Below the pieces are notes generated by a model that searched no databases, was not told where the DNA came from, and was given only the letters and a program-made list of their open reading frames with translations. From Clostridia bacterium (GTDB lineage Bacteria; Bacillota; Clostridia; Oscillospirales; CAG-272), in the NCBI GenBank assembly GCA_017452895.1, contig JAFTLE010000001.1, positions 17,428-81,427 on the forward strand: 64,000 nt of DNA. Reading direction: 5' to 3'. Below, piece after piece: positions 24,466-32,715 of this stretch; position 1 is the stretch's first letter; the number at the start of each line of letters is the position of its first letter. Both the position numbers and the translations under genes were made by a program.

Positions 24466-25364
24466 AGCACGTCCTCCTTCCTCACGGCGGTCTTCGTATA
24501 TCGGTAACCCGTCGGGGCTCGCTCGATGCCGATCAGAGTCGAAAAGACACCGCCGTGAAGCAGGCGTGCGATCGGTGCACGCGCATAGAGATCCCCAACC
24601 GTGGCGGCGTGTGCCGTTGCCACGAGCGGCACGCCCGTATGCAAAAGCGAAAGGATCGCCGCCGCCTCGCGCTCGCTTCCGATCTCATCACAAACCAACA
24701 CCTCGGGGGAAAGTGAGCGCACCGCGATCTCGATCCCCTCTGCCTTTTCAAAGCCCGTCAGCACGTCAACGAGTGCCTCGTGCGGGAAAAGCTCCGCCGA
24801 TAACTCACCGCGGCAGTCGACTACGGCTACGCGCACGGCATCCCCGCCGCACGCGATCTGTGACGTGAAATCACGCAACAGCGTCGTTTTCCCGACCCCC
24901 GGCGGTGCAAAGATCAGCATACCCGAGCCCCTATGCTCACGCCACGCGGAAACGGCGAAGTCCCCTGCCCCCGCGACGGCGCGGCTGATACGGATCGAAA
25001 GCGAGGTTACGTCGGATAGCCCCGTAAGCCTGCCGCCCTCACGCACAGCACGCCCCGCGACCCCTACGCGCATACCGCTCTCGGTCGTCAGATAGCCCTC
25101 CTTCAGCGACTCGGCGTAGGCGTAAAGCGACCCGTGACAGAGCCGCCTTACCGTCTCCGTAAGCTCGGATGCCGTAACGGAGATGCCAAGCGTGCGGTTC
25201 TCCCCGCCGAGGGTCAGCGAGCAGAGCTTGTCAGCGCGCAAACGGATCTCCGAAAGACGGGCTCCGAAATGCGCGTGTGGGGCTGCGTAGTGCCTGATCT
25301 CGCTTGCCACCCTGCTCGGCAAAAGACACAGAATCTCGTTCAGCTTTTCCTCATCCCTTGTCAT
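24456..25364 (-). CDS. spoIIIAA: Stage III sporulation protein AA (secretion-type ATPase)
   Basis: It has Walker A FAPPGVGKTTLLRD and Walker B-like VLVCDEIG. The start may be 25382 or 25364. Confidence 0.85.
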   Translation of the reverse strand: MTRDEEKLNEILCLLPSRVASEIRHYAAPHAHFGARLSEIRLRADKLCSLTLGGENRTLGISVTASELTETVRRLCHGSLYAYAESLKEGYLTTESGMRVGVAGRAVREGGRLTGLSDVTSLSIRISRAVAGAGDFAVSAWREHRGSGMLIFAPPGVGKTTLLRDFTSQIACGGDAVRVAVVDCRGELSAELFPHEALVDVLTGFEKAEGIEIAVRSLSPEVLVCDEIGSEREAAAILSLLHTGVPLVATAHAATVGDLYARAPIARLLHGGVFSTLIGIERAPTGYRYTKTAVRKEDVLCS

Positions 25365-25881
25365 AAAACCACCCACCGACAAGAATTGCCAGCACCACCG
25401 TCACCGCCATCGTTAAAAGTGCCGCGGGCAACGTATGTCTCGTTTTTTTGATATGGACCGCGGAAAAATAGACCGCCGTCACGTAAAATACCGTCTCCGA
25501 GCTACCCGCGATCACCGATGCTAAAAAGCCCGTACGGCTATCCACGCCGTTTTGCTCATAGACCGACAGAAGCAACGCATTACTGCCGCTACCCGAAAAG
25601 GGACGGATGAAGATCAACGGCAAAAGCGCGGCGTCGATCCCGACCCTTTGACAAAGCGGCGAGAAAAGCCTGCCGATCAGCTCGGGAAAGCCCGAGGCGG
25701 AAAGCATGCTCACCCCCACCATCAGCAAAACCAGCGTTGGAAGCAGACGGAAGGAGGTATCGATCCCCGACCGCGCACCCAAAAGGAAACTGTCGACTGA
25801 GACCGATTTTGAAAACAAAAGATAAAAGGAGAGCAAAAGCAAAACGGCGGGTACAAGAAGCGAAAACGCAAGCTGTATCAA
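25351..25881 (-). CDS. spmB: Spore maturation protein B (nucleoside-recognition/Gate domain)
   Basis: 176-aa polytopic protein paired with spmA. The ends overlap at both junctions. Confidence 0.75.
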   Translation of the reverse strand: MIQLAFSLLVPAVLLLLSFYLLFSKSVSVDSFLLGARSGIDTSFRLLPTLVLLMVGVSMLSASGFPELIGRLFSPLCQRVGIDAALLPLIFIRPFSGSGSNALLLSVYEQNGVDSRTGFLASVIAGSSETVFYVTAVYFSAVHIKKTRHTLPAALLTMAVTVVLAILVGGWFYDKG

Positions 25882-26483
25882 CAGCCCGTCCTCCTACGCC
25901 GACAGCCGAGCCGTGCGAGAAGCAGAGCAATTACCGCCCCTGCCGCGCTGACCAAGAGGATGGGAAGCACCACCGCCGTTGCGCGATCGGAGCCTGCGGC
26001 GTGCCGCATTGCGAGAAGGGTCGTCGGTAAGAGATTGAGCGAGGCACAGGAAAGCACGGTCAGCGTCACCATATCGTCGGTGGCTCGATCGGGCTCGGGA
26101 TTTTTCGCCTGCATCTTTTCCATTGCCAGAAGGGCAAAGGGCGTTGCCGCATTTCCTACCCCCAGAAGATTTGCGCTGATGCTCATTGCGATTTCCTCAA
26201 TCCCCTCTCCCGTCTCGGCGGCAGTCGGAAAAAGACGGCGCAAAATCGGCATCAGAAGACGGCAAAGCCGCGTCAGCACACCGCTTTTTTGCAAAAGCGA
26301 AAGCACACCGCACCAAAGGCACATCATTCCGAGAAGCGATAGCGTCAGCGTCACCGCGCGCGCCGCCCCCTCCAGCACGGCGTCAGAAAGAAGCGAGAGC
26401 CTGCCTGTGCACAGTGCGGAGACGAAGGATAAAATACACAGCACCGAAAAGATCCTTCCGACCATAGCCGACCTCTTTTCCAA
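25878..26483 (-). CDS. spmA: Spore maturation protein A
   Basis: 201 aa, with ..NLLGVGNAATPFAL.AM.. typical of SpmA. Confidence 0.75.
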   Translation of the reverse strand: MEKRSAMVGRIFSVLCILSFVSALCTGRLSLLSDAVLEGAARAVTLTLSLLGMMCLWCGVLSLLQKSGVLTRLCRLLMPILRRLFPTAAETGEGIEEIAMSISANLLGVGNAATPFALLAMEKMQAKNPEPDRATDDMVTLTVLSCASLNLLPTTLLAMRHAAGSDRATAVVLPILLVSAAGAVIALLLARLGCRRRRTGC

Positions 26484-26509
26484 AAATTTGAATTTTTTGT
26501 CAAAAATAC

Positions 26510-26538
26510 TTGACTTTTTTCCGGATAAATGGTAAAAT
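26510..26538 (+). promoter_or_regulatory. Sigma-A-type promoter for abrB
   Basis: TTGACT-N17-TAAAAT. Confidence 0.5.
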
Positions 26539-26570
26539 ATAGAAGAAATAAGAAAAATAAGGAGAAAATT

Positions 26571-26816
26571 ATGAAATCCACCGGTATTATTCGACAGATC
26601 GACGACCTCGGCCGCATCGTGCTTCCGAAGGAAATGCGTAAAAAAATGTATATTGAAAGCGGCGATCCGCTTGAGATCTTCGTGGAGGGTGACCGCATCA
26701 TTCTGACGAAGTATCAGCCCTCTTGCGTATTCTGCGGCAGCTCCGACAACGTCGTTTCCTTTGCTGAAAAGATGGTCTGCGCCGATTGCGTTGCAAGGCT
26801 GCAGAGCAAATTCTGA
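26571..26816 (+). CDS. abrB: AbrB/SpoVT-type transition state regulator with Cys4 C-terminal tail
   Basis: Trimmed to MKSTGIIRQIDDLGRIVLPKEMR.. (the swapped-hairpin AbrB N-domain). The C-terminus is CVFCG..(15)..CADC. An AAGGAG RBS is present. Confidence 0.85.
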   Translation: MKSTGIIRQIDDLGRIVLPKEMRKKMYIESGDPLEIFVEGDRIILTKYQPSCVFCGSSDNVVSFAEKMVCADCVARLQSKF

Positions 26817-26824
26817 TTTAATCT

Positions 26825-27967
26825 ATGCAGGACAACTCCGAAATAGAACGTAGCGAGGACCAAATCGCAGAGGAAAAAGAAAAGGAGGTCGTGCGTGCGC
26901 ACGGCTTCCCTTGCAGATCCTGCGGCAGTCAGATGCTCTACTCTCCCGAGCACAGAGATCTGCGTTGCCCCTATTGTGAAAGCGTGGGCGGTATGGAGGA
27001 GACGGTCGTTGAAGCGGCAGAATACCTTTATTTTCCCGACAGCGACGAGTATTCCGCCCCGAAGTGGGAGGATATGGCGGCACAGTCGGTCGTTTGCCCC
27101 TCCTGCGGTGCTGAGAGCGTGATCGCGGCAGACGTGATGACGACGCTTTGCCCCTTCTGCGGATCGGGCTACGTGACCGAGCCGAAGGAGAGCCTTGACG
27201 TCATCCGTCCCGAGACCGTAATGCCCTTCCGCATTTCAAAGGAGCGTGCAACCGCGCTTTACACCGATTGGCTCCGTCGCCGCTATATGGCACCGCGCTC
27301 GCTCAAAAAAGAGGGAAAGCTTAACACCCTCAACGGTATCTACACGCCGTTTTTCACCTTTGATATGGAGCTATCGACCGATTATCGCGGCTTTGGCGGC
27401 CGCCGTCGGATCGAGACCTATACGGTGCGCGTCAACGGCAAAACGCAAACGCGCACGCGCACGCGCATTGATTGGTATCCGATCAGTGGGCACGAGCAGC
27501 TTTCCTTCGACGATCTGCCGTGCTGTGCCTCCGCGCGCATTGACCGTAATATGCTGGATCAGGTCGCGCCTTTCAGCCTCAAGATGCTGAACGTCTATAA
27601 CCCCGCCTACCTTGCGGGCTTTTACGCGGAGCGTTATCAGATGGGGCTTGGCGAGGGCTTCGCCGCGATTCTCCCGCGCGTACACCGCACGATGATCTCG
27701 CATATCGAGCGTACCCGCGGTTATGACACCTATCGCGGAATGACCTATCAGCACAGCTACGACCGCGTGCGCTTCAAGCATTTTCTGCTTCCCGTCTGGG
27801 TCGCCGCCTACAATTACAGGGGGAAGCTGTATCAGTTCCTCGTCAACGGTGAGACCGGCAAAATCGCGGGCAAGGCACCCGTCTCGGTCTTCAAGGTGCT
27901 CGGCATCGTCACAGGCGTTGCCGCCCTCCTTTCGCTGATTCTTCTAATCTATTACCTTTCTCAATAA
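26825..27967 (+). CDS. Conserved hypothetical multi-zinc-ribbon protein with C-terminal membrane anchor
   Basis: 380 aa. Two CxxC..CxxC pairs (CRSCG..CPYC; CPSCG..CPFCG), a conserved core and a terminal TM VLGIVTGVAALLSLILLIYYL. It starts 9 nt after the abrB stop. Confidence 0.6.
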   Translation: MQDNSEIERSEDQIAEEKEKEVVRAHGFPCRSCGSQMLYSPEHRDLRCPYCESVGGMEETVVEAAEYLYFPDSDEYSAPKWEDMAAQSVVCPSCGAESVIAADVMTTLCPFCGSGYVTEPKESLDVIRPETVMPFRISKERATALYTDWLRRRYMAPRSLKKEGKLNTLNGIYTPFFTFDMELSTDYRGFGGRRRIETYTVRVNGKTQTRTRTRIDWYPISGHEQLSFDDLPCCASARIDRNMLDQVAPFSLKMLNVYNPAYLAGFYAERYQMGLGEGFAAILPRVHRTMISHIERTRGYDTYRGMTYQHSYDRVRFKHFLLPVWVAAYNYRGKLYQFLVNGETGKIAGKAPVSVFKVLGIVTGVAALLSLILLIYYLSQ

Positions 27968-28017
27968 AGCAATTCAAATACAAAGATCAATGAATCAGCA
28001 TAAGCAAGAACAATTCA

Positions 28018-28052
28018 AAAAATGAGCAGAGAAATATTCTCTGCTCATTTTC
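28018..28052 (+). terminator. Rho-independent terminator after the zinc-ribbon gene
   Basis: aaaaaatgagcagaga-aatat-tctctgctcatttt. Confidence 0.7.
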
Positions 28053-28108
28053 AGCGGTATATCCTTCCTTGATTTCAACAGAATGATCGTGCAATCTCCT
28101 TTACAAAG

Positions 28109-28138
28109 AAGCCCCTTTCTCGCAAAAGAAAGGGGCTT
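28109..28138. terminator. Strong hairpin downstream of pnp (convergent region)
   Basis: aagcccctttct-N6-agaaaggggctt. The T-run is only on the plus side. Confidence 0.5.
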
Positions 28139-28145
28139 TTGTTTT

Positions 28146-30245
28146 TTATTCAGCCTTCGGTGCCGCATCCTTCATGGACAGATTCATACGTCCGCGATCG
28201 TCGGTGCCAAGATACTTGACTCTGACAGTGTCGCCGAGGGATACAACGTCCTCAACCTTTTCGGTACGGGTCTGTGCGAGCTTCGAGATGTGTACCAAGC
28301 CCTCCTTACCGGGAGCATACTCAACGAATGCACCGATCGGGATGATGCGGGTAACAGTACCCTCGTAGGTCTCGCCAACGACGGGCTCGAATACGATCGC
28401 GTCGATGATCGCCTTTGCCATATCAGCCGCATCGCGGTTAACGGCAGAGATGAATACCGATCCGTCATCCTCGATGTCGATCTTTGCGCCCGTATCAGCG
28501 GTGATCTTCTGAATGACCTTACCGCCCGAGCCGATGACCTCACGGATCTTATCGGGGTTGATCTGCATCGAGATCATCTTGGGTGCGTAGGGAGAAACCT
28601 CGGCACGCGGTGCCTCAATCGCCTTGAGAATGATCTCATCGATAATATAGTCACGTCCCTTATGGGTCGTTTCGAGTGCGTTCTTGATAATCTCGGGTGT
28701 CAGACCGTCGATCTTCAGGTCCATCTGGATCGAGGTGATACCCTTGTGCGTACCTGCGACCTTGAAGTCCATATCGCCGTAGAAGTCCTCAAGACCCTGA
28801 ATGTCGATCATCGTGGTCCAGCTACCGTCATCCTCGGTAATCAGACCGCAGGAGATACCTGCAACGGGAGCCTTGATCGGAACGCCTGCATCCATCAGCG
28901 CGAGCGTCGAGCCGCAGACCGATGCCTGCGAGGTAGAGCCGTTGGAGCTGACGACCTCGGAAACCAGGCGGATCGCGTAGGGGAACTCCTCAACCGAGGG
29001 AAGAACGGGAACGAGCGAACGCTCAGCGAGCGCGCCGTGACCGATCTCGCGGCGGCCGGGGCTTCTCAGGGACTTTGCCTCACCCGTCGAGTAGCCGGGC
29101 ATATTGTAGTGGTGCATATAGCGCTTCGAATCCTCGTCGTCGATGCCGTCGAGCTTCTGCGCCTCACCGATCGTACCGAGCGTTGCAACGGTCAGAACCT
29201 GCGTCTGTCCACGGGTGAAAAGACCTGTGCCGTGCGTGCGGGGCAGAACGCCGACCTCTGCCGCGAGGGGACGGATCTGGTCCATACGGCGACCGTCAAC
29301 ACGCTTCTTTTCCTCGATCAGCCAACGGCGAACGATCTTCTTCTGAATCTTGTAGATCAGCTCATTGATGATCACGGGCATATCGGGATACTTCTCGCCA
29401 AAGGTAGCGGAGATATCCTCGATGATGGGCTGCAGCTTTGCGTCGCGAACCGTCTTATCGTCGGTATCGAGCGCTTCCATCACAGCCTTCTCGCAGTATG
29501 CGAAGATCTCGTCGAACATATCGTGGTCAAGCTCGCAGGAAGGATAAGCGAACTTCGGCTTACCGATCTCGGACACGATCGAATCGATGAACTTGATCAG
29601 CTCCTTGATCTCCTCATGCGCCTTCATGATCGCGTCGAACATCACGTCGTCGGCAACCTCGTTTGCGCCTGCCTCGATCATAACGACCTTGCCCGCGGAT
29701 GCGGCAACGGTCAGCTCAAGATCGCTCTTTGCACGCTGTGCGGCGGTGGGGTTGATCACGATCTCGCCGTCAACGAGGCCGACGAACGCGCCGCCGATCG
29801 GGCCGTTCCACGGAATATCCGAGATGGAAAGGGCGATCGATGCACCGATCATAGCGGTGATCTCAGGCGAGCAGTCGGGGTCGAGCGACATAACGGTCAG
29901 GGTCAGGGCAACATCGTTGCGCAGATCCTTCGGGAACAGGGGGCGCACGGGGCGGTCGATCACGCGCGAGGTGAGGATCGCCTTCTCCGAGGGCTTACCC
30001 TCTCTCTTGAGGTAGCCGCCGGGGATCTTGCCCGCTGCGTACATCTTTTCGTCATAGTCTACCGACAGGGGCAGAAAATCGATGCCGTCACGCGGTGCGG
30101 GGGATGCGGTCGCGCAGGCGAGGATAACCGTCTCGCCATAACGGATGAGGCAGGAGCCGTTTGCAAGCCCTGCAACCTTACCGGTTTCTACCACGAGCGG
30201 GCGGCCGGCGAAGTCATAGTTGAATACCTTGTAATTTTCAAACAT
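28146..30245 (-). CDS. pnp: Polyribonucleotide nucleotidyltransferase (PNPase)
   Basis: Trimmed to MFENYKVFNYDFAGRPL.. (GGAGGA RBS). It has two RNase PH domains, a KH domain (..IGSGGKVIQKI..) and an S1 domain (..GAFVE..GKEGLVHIS..). Confidence 0.95.
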   Translation of the reverse strand: MFENYKVFNYDFAGRPLVVETGKVAGLANGSCLIRYGETVILACATASPAPRDGIDFLPLSVDYDEKMYAAGKIPGGYLKREGKPSEKAILTSRVIDRPVRPLFPKDLRNDVALTLTVMSLDPDCSPEITAMIGASIALSISDIPWNGPIGGAFVGLVDGEIVINPTAAQRAKSDLELTVAASAGKVVMIEAGANEVADDVMFDAIMKAHEEIKELIKFIDSIVSEIGKPKFAYPSCELDHDMFDEIFAYCEKAVMEALDTDDKTVRDAKLQPIIEDISATFGEKYPDMPVIINELIYKIQKKIVRRWLIEEKKRVDGRRMDQIRPLAAEVGVLPRTHGTGLFTRGQTQVLTVATLGTIGEAQKLDGIDDEDSKRYMHHYNMPGYSTGEAKSLRSPGRREIGHGALAERSLVPVLPSVEEFPYAIRLVSEVVSSNGSTSQASVCGSTLALMDAGVPIKAPVAGISCGLITEDDGSWTTMIDIQGLEDFYGDMDFKVAGTHKGITSIQMDLKIDGLTPEIIKNALETTHKGRDYIIDEIILKAIEAPRAEVSPYAPKMISMQINPDKIREVIGSGGKVIQKITADTGAKIDIEDDGSVFISAVNRDAADMAKAIIDAIVFEPVVGETYEGTVTRIIPIGAFVEYAPGKEGLVHISKLAQTRTEKVEDVVSLGDTVRVKYLGTDDRGRMNLSMKDAAPKAE

Positions 30246-30368
30246 TTTTTCGTCCTCCATTTTTTGTTTTTGCCGCGGCGGACATAGCACTTAACTGCGG
30301 GTCCAAATTTTTGGGCGCACAGTTAACTGCTACTTCCCCACGGCTTGGTTTTTGCGGGTTAGTAGTTA

Positions 30369-30395
30369 CCCCGCACGGAAGCCGTGCGGGGTAAC
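30369..30395 (-). promoter_or_regulatory. Stable hairpin in the rpsO-pnp intergenic region (candidate processing/attenuation site)
   Basis: accccgcacgg-aagc-cgtgcggggt, an 11-13-bp GC-rich stem with no U-tract on the minus strand. Confidence 0.4.
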
Positions 30396-30415
30396 CGTAC
30401 AGTAATACGCAGGTA

Positions 30416-30682
30416 TTACTTGCGAAGACCCAGCTTCTTTACGATCGCACGGTATCTTTCGATATCCTTCTTTGCGAGGTAGTTCAGCAGGTTCTTTCTG
30501 TGACCGACCATACGGGACAGACCACGCTGAGAGTGGAAGTCCTTCGGGTTAGCCTTCAGGTGCTCGGTCAGCTCATTGATGCGGAAGGTCAGAATGGCAA
30601 CCTGTACCTCGGGCGAGCCGGTGTCGGTGTCATTGATCTTGTTTGCCTCAATGATCTGCTGCTTGATTTCCTTGTTGAGCAT
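30416..30682 (-). CDS. rpsO: 30S ribosomal protein S15
   Basis: 88 aa, with ..[19 protein letters not shown]...KD.HS.RGL..MV..R..LL.YL... Confidence 0.95.
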   Translation of the reverse strand: MLNKEIKQQIIEANKINDTDTGSPEVQVAILTFRINELTEHLKANPKDFHSQRGLSRMVGHRKNLLNYLAKKDIERYRAIVKKLGLRK

Positions 30683-30867
30683 TCTTTTTTCACCTTTCTT
30701 CTAAATTTGCCGGGATCTTAGGCTGTGGCGGGTGAAAACAGCCGTCGGGCTCTTTGCCCACAGTCCAAGGTCGAGGTCATACGAAGTGTATTGTATCACA
30801 CAAAACCGAATTTGTAAATACCTTTTTTAAAAATAATGAAAAATATTTTAGGAAGCCCCTCGAAGCG

Positions 30868-31479
30868 CTACTCGGCCGAGTTCGCCCCACGCGATAGGAC
30901 GGTTTGCAGGACCCTTCGGTAGGCATCGCGACCGTAAAGCAGATTGATCGCCGCCAAAAGCGAATTGGCAGACATCTCGGACGGCAGTCCCATCTCCCTT
31001 GCCAGCGCCGCGCGGCGCGCGGCACTGCCACGTGCGCCCGAAAGACCGTCGGCGTAAAGCTCCGCCTTCGTGATCGGCTCCTTGCGCTCGGTGCGAGATG
31101 CGTCGGTAAAATAGGGGGCGAAAATGGCGAGCAAGCGCTCCTTCTCCATCCCCTCAACGCCGAGCAGTCCCGCTCTTGACGGCGCGCTCTTACGCTTTTC
31201 CTTGCCCTCGATCGCAGGGGTATACAGATGAGTCACGCGCTCCCTTGGCAAACAACCTGAAATGCGCGATCGGATCAACCGACCCGCACCGTCGGCATCG
31301 GTCAGGACGAGAATGCCGCGCTCCTCTGCCAGACGTGCAAACAGAGCCATTTTTTCTTTTTGATTAAAGATACCGAAGCCGTCGGTCGTGAAAACGTCCG
31401 CATCGAAGATCGAATCGAGCTTGATCTTATCGTACCGCCCCTCGACGATCACGGGCCTGTCAATGCGTGGCTTTTCCAT
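30868..31479 (-). CDS. Toprim domain protein (RNase M5-like / DUF4093 family)
   Basis: Trimmed to MEKPRIDRPVIVEGRYDKIKL.. It has ..ILVLTDADGAG.. (the Toprim DxD motif). Confidence 0.65.
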   Translation of the reverse strand: MEKPRIDRPVIVEGRYDKIKLDSIFDADVFTTDGFGIFNQKEKMALFARLAEERGILVLTDADGAGRLIRSRISGCLPRERVTHLYTPAIEGKEKRKSAPSRAGLLGVEGMEKERLLAIFAPYFTDASRTERKEPITKAELYADGLSGARGSAARRAALAREMGLPSEMSANSLLAAINLLYGRDAYRRVLQTVLSRGANSAE

Positions 31480-32125
31480 GCTTTTCTCTCCTTTTGCAAA
31501 GCCCTGCCAAGGGGCACTCGGCACAGCGCGGCGCGCGCGCCATACAGTATTCGCGCCCGAACAGAACGATGCGGTGACAAAAATCCGAGGTTTCCGCCGG
31601 CGGGAGCAGATCGGTAAGAATGCGCTCGACCACAAGCGGTCTTTTTTCCTTTTCGGGATAAAAGCCGAGTCTGCCGCAAATGCGGATGCAGTGCGTGTCG
31701 GTCACCACCGCAGGCAGTCCGAACAGATCTCCGCGCAAAAGGTTTGCAATCTTGCGCCCAACGCCGGGGAAAGAAAGCAAAGCGTCCATATCCGACGGCA
31801 AAACGCCGCCGTATTCGCTCATAAGACGCGCGGATGCCGCCTTGATATCCGCCGCCTTTACACGGTAAAGACCGCAGGGGCGAACGATCGCCTCAAGCTC
31901 CTCAATATCAGCACTCGCCATTGCCTCGGCACTTGGATATTTTGTAAACAGATCTTTACATACGATATTGACACGCGCATCGGTGCACTGTGCGGAAAGC
32001 CGTCCCATCACCAAAAGGCGCCACGGGTCGCCCGCATATTGCAGGGCGCATTCTGCTGCGGGATAGATCTCCCTGAGTACCGAAACGACCGCCGCCGCAT
32101 GCGCGCGTTTTTGGCTTTTCGTCAT
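31460..32125 (-). CDS. nth: Endonuclease III
   Basis: 221 aa, with the HhH-GPD motif ..LLSFPGVGRKIAN.. and a C-terminal [4Fe-4S] cluster loop C..C..C..C (CMARAPRCAECPLAGLC). Confidence 0.9.
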   Translation of the reverse strand: MTKSQKRAHAAAVVSVLREIYPAAECALQYAGDPWRLLVMGRLSAQCTDARVNIVCKDLFTKYPSAEAMASADIEELEAIVRPCGLYRVKAADIKAASARLMSEYGGVLPSDMDALLSFPGVGRKIANLLRGDLFGLPAVVTDTHCIRICGRLGFYPEKEKRPLVVERILTDLLPPAETSDFCHRIVLFGREYCMARAPRCAECPLAGLCKRREKHGKATH

Positions 32126-32715
32126 ACGCCCTCCCCCGTGATCTTACACATCAGCTCGTCTAAAAGGGTGCGCGGCAGACCGACGACATTATCAAATTCG
32201 CCGTCGATTCCCGAAACGAGCTTGCCGCCAAGCCCCTGAATGCCGTAGGCACCCGCCTTATCCATCGGCTCGCCCGTATCGACGTACGCGACGATCTCCG
32301 CATCGGAAAGCGTGCGAAAATCGACCGCCGTCGTGCAGACGTCGGCGAGCATTTTTTCACCGTAGCGCACAGCCACCCCCGTATGCACGTAGTGACGCGT
32401 GCCGGAAAGTCTCCGCAGCATCCCGATCGCATCGGCGCGGTCGATCGGCTTGCCAAGCGGCACGCCGTCGTATTCCACCAGCGTATCTGCGGCGATCAAG
32501 AGCGTGTCGGCGGGAAGGGTCAGTGCCATCGCCTTCCGCTCTGCGAGCAGAAGAACGCCGTCACGCGGTGAAAGCCCTGCGGACAGACGCTCGTCGATGT
32601 CAGCGGATGCGGCGGTAAAGCTGTGTCCCATCCCCGCAAGATATTCCCGACGGCGCGGCGAGTTTGAGCCGAGGATGATCGGGATCCTTTTTTGATTTTG
32701 AAATTTATACGTCAT
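32122..32715 (-). CDS. maf: Maf-like nucleoside triphosphate pyrophosphatase
   Basis: 197 aa, with ..ILGSNSPRR.E.L.., ..AADT.V.., ..DKAGAYGIQG... Confidence 0.9.
   Translation of the reverse strand: MTYKFQNQKRIPIILGSNSPRRREYLAGMGHSFTAASADIDERLSAGLSPRDGVLLLAERKAMALTLPADTLLIAADTLVEYDGVPLGKPIDRADAIGMLRRLSGTRHYVHTGVAVRYGEKMLADVCTTAVDFRTLSDAEIVAYVDTGEPMDKAGAYGIQGLGGKLVSGIDGEFDNVVGLPRTLLDELMCKITGEGV

Noticed and set aside
28083-30287. 734-aa plus-strand ORF spanning the whole pnp locus
   Set aside because: It is antisense to an unmistakable PNPase gene. Its composition (Arg/Leu/Asp/Gly-rich, no motifs) is typical of stop-poor antisense frames in high-GC DNA.
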